Positions 50,994 to 51,163 of a stretch of DNA of 51,163 nt are shown here, in pieces. A program made the translations under genes and the position numbers. This stretch comes from Thermoleophilia bacterium. GTDB taxonomy: Bacteria > Actinomycetota > Thermoleophilia > Gaiellales > Gaiellaceae. The notes below the pieces were generated by a model. That model saw only the letters and a program-made list of their open reading frames with translations, searched no databases and was not told the DNA's origin. The stretch's first letter is position 1; each line of letters starts with the position of its first letter. The stretch covers positions 1 through 51,163 of the forward strand of contig JAICGP010000001.1 of the NCBI GenBank assembly GCA_025923055.1, given 5' to 3'.

Positions 50994-51163
50994 ATGCGGA
51001 TCACGCATGGCATTACGGCCAGAGAGGCGCATACGGGATTCGAACCCGTGCTACCGGAGAACGCCGCAAGCACGCCAGACTCCGGTAACAGGGGCCAGAC
51101 CGCTCCCGGTAGCGAGCTGAACCCGCATCTGCGCGCGGTGCTCGAGCGCCTCAAGGAGCGGGA
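50994..51163 (+). CDS. possible 5' part of an ORF running off the right edge
   Basis: ATG 50994 is open to the window end (MRITHGITAREAHTGFEPVLPENAASTPDSGNRGQTAPGSELNPHLRAVLERLKER...). GC3 is convincing only from about 51090, and there is no family call. Confidence 0.25.
   Translation, partial: MRITHGITAREAHTGFEPVLPENAASTPDSGNRGQTAPGSELNPHLRAVLERLKER
51025..51049 (-). other. tRNA-like 3' fragment (T-arm plus 3' acceptor strand plus U73; tRNA-Cys-like), not an intact tRNA
   Basis: The minus strand reads ACGGG-TTCGAAT-CCCGT-ATGCGCC-T, which is a canonical T-stem/T-loop followed by a 7-nt acceptor strand and discriminator U. No matching 5' acceptor strand (GGCGCAT), D-arm or anticodon arm is present at tRNA distance. 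Confidence 0.35.

Noticed and set aside
51025-51100. Intact tRNA gene on the minus strand.
   Set aside because: Only the T-arm and the 3' acceptor strand are present. There is no complementary 5' acceptor strand 65-85 nt upstream, no D-arm and no 7-nt anticodon loop. It is reported only as a fragment.
1-51163. CRISPR arrays, IS elements, transposases, integrases, prophage genes, toxin-antitoxin pairs and recognisable defence-system genes.
   Set aside because: No regularly spaced direct repeats and no ORFs with transposase, integrase, Cas, nuclease-helicase or toxin signatures were seen in any frame.

Overview
Very GC-rich bacterial chromosomal segment with Actinomycetota-like codon usage. 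Many long Arg/Pro/Ala-rich ORFs in the track lie antisense or out of frame to real genes and are GC artefacts. I see about 55 real genes, no rRNA, no intact tRNA, no CRISPR array and no transposase or integrase. Layout: (i) 1-8.7 kb holds the distal dcw cell-wall/division cluster murF'-mraY-murD-ftsW-murG-murC-murB-ftsQ-ftsZ, mostly with overlapping stop/start codons and without ddl or ftsA. (ii) 8.8-15.1 kb holds the glycine cleavage operon gcvT-gcvH-gcvPA-gcvPB, translationally coupled to HEAT-repeat, cupin and ankyrin-repeat genes. (iii) 15.4-28 kb is housekeeping and transport: MarR-MFS-threonine aldolase, a secreted PQQ-type sugar dehydrogenase, a MacB-like ABC pair, a Ca2+/H+ antiporter, HAD, nfo and gltX. 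(iv) 28.3-33.4 kb is a minus-strand envelope-modification cluster: flippase-like LPG-synthase-TM protein, membrane LtaS/EptA-like sulfatase-fold enzyme, a methyltransferase and a mini TM ORF. (v) 35.4-50.8 kb is an accessory-looking block with an orphan HisKA_3 kinase, a Cys-type arylsulfatase, an FGE operon, three SHOCT proteins, duplicated PLDc_N and 4-TM membrane proteins, a MalT/LAL-type regulator, a NarL-type response regulator and a receiver-only regulator. The strongest non-obvious signal is a composite DNA element, the palindrome TCACCCGGGTGA followed 10-12 nt later by a third GGGTGA box. It recurs in five intergenic regions of block (v), always oriented toward the downstream gene, which suggests an undescribed local regulon. 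Other points are a frame junction between a 50-aa TM ORF and a methyltransferase that lacks a start codon, and a tRNA-Cys-like 3' fragment at the right edge. All calls rest on reading the translations and DNA by eye; no database search was run.
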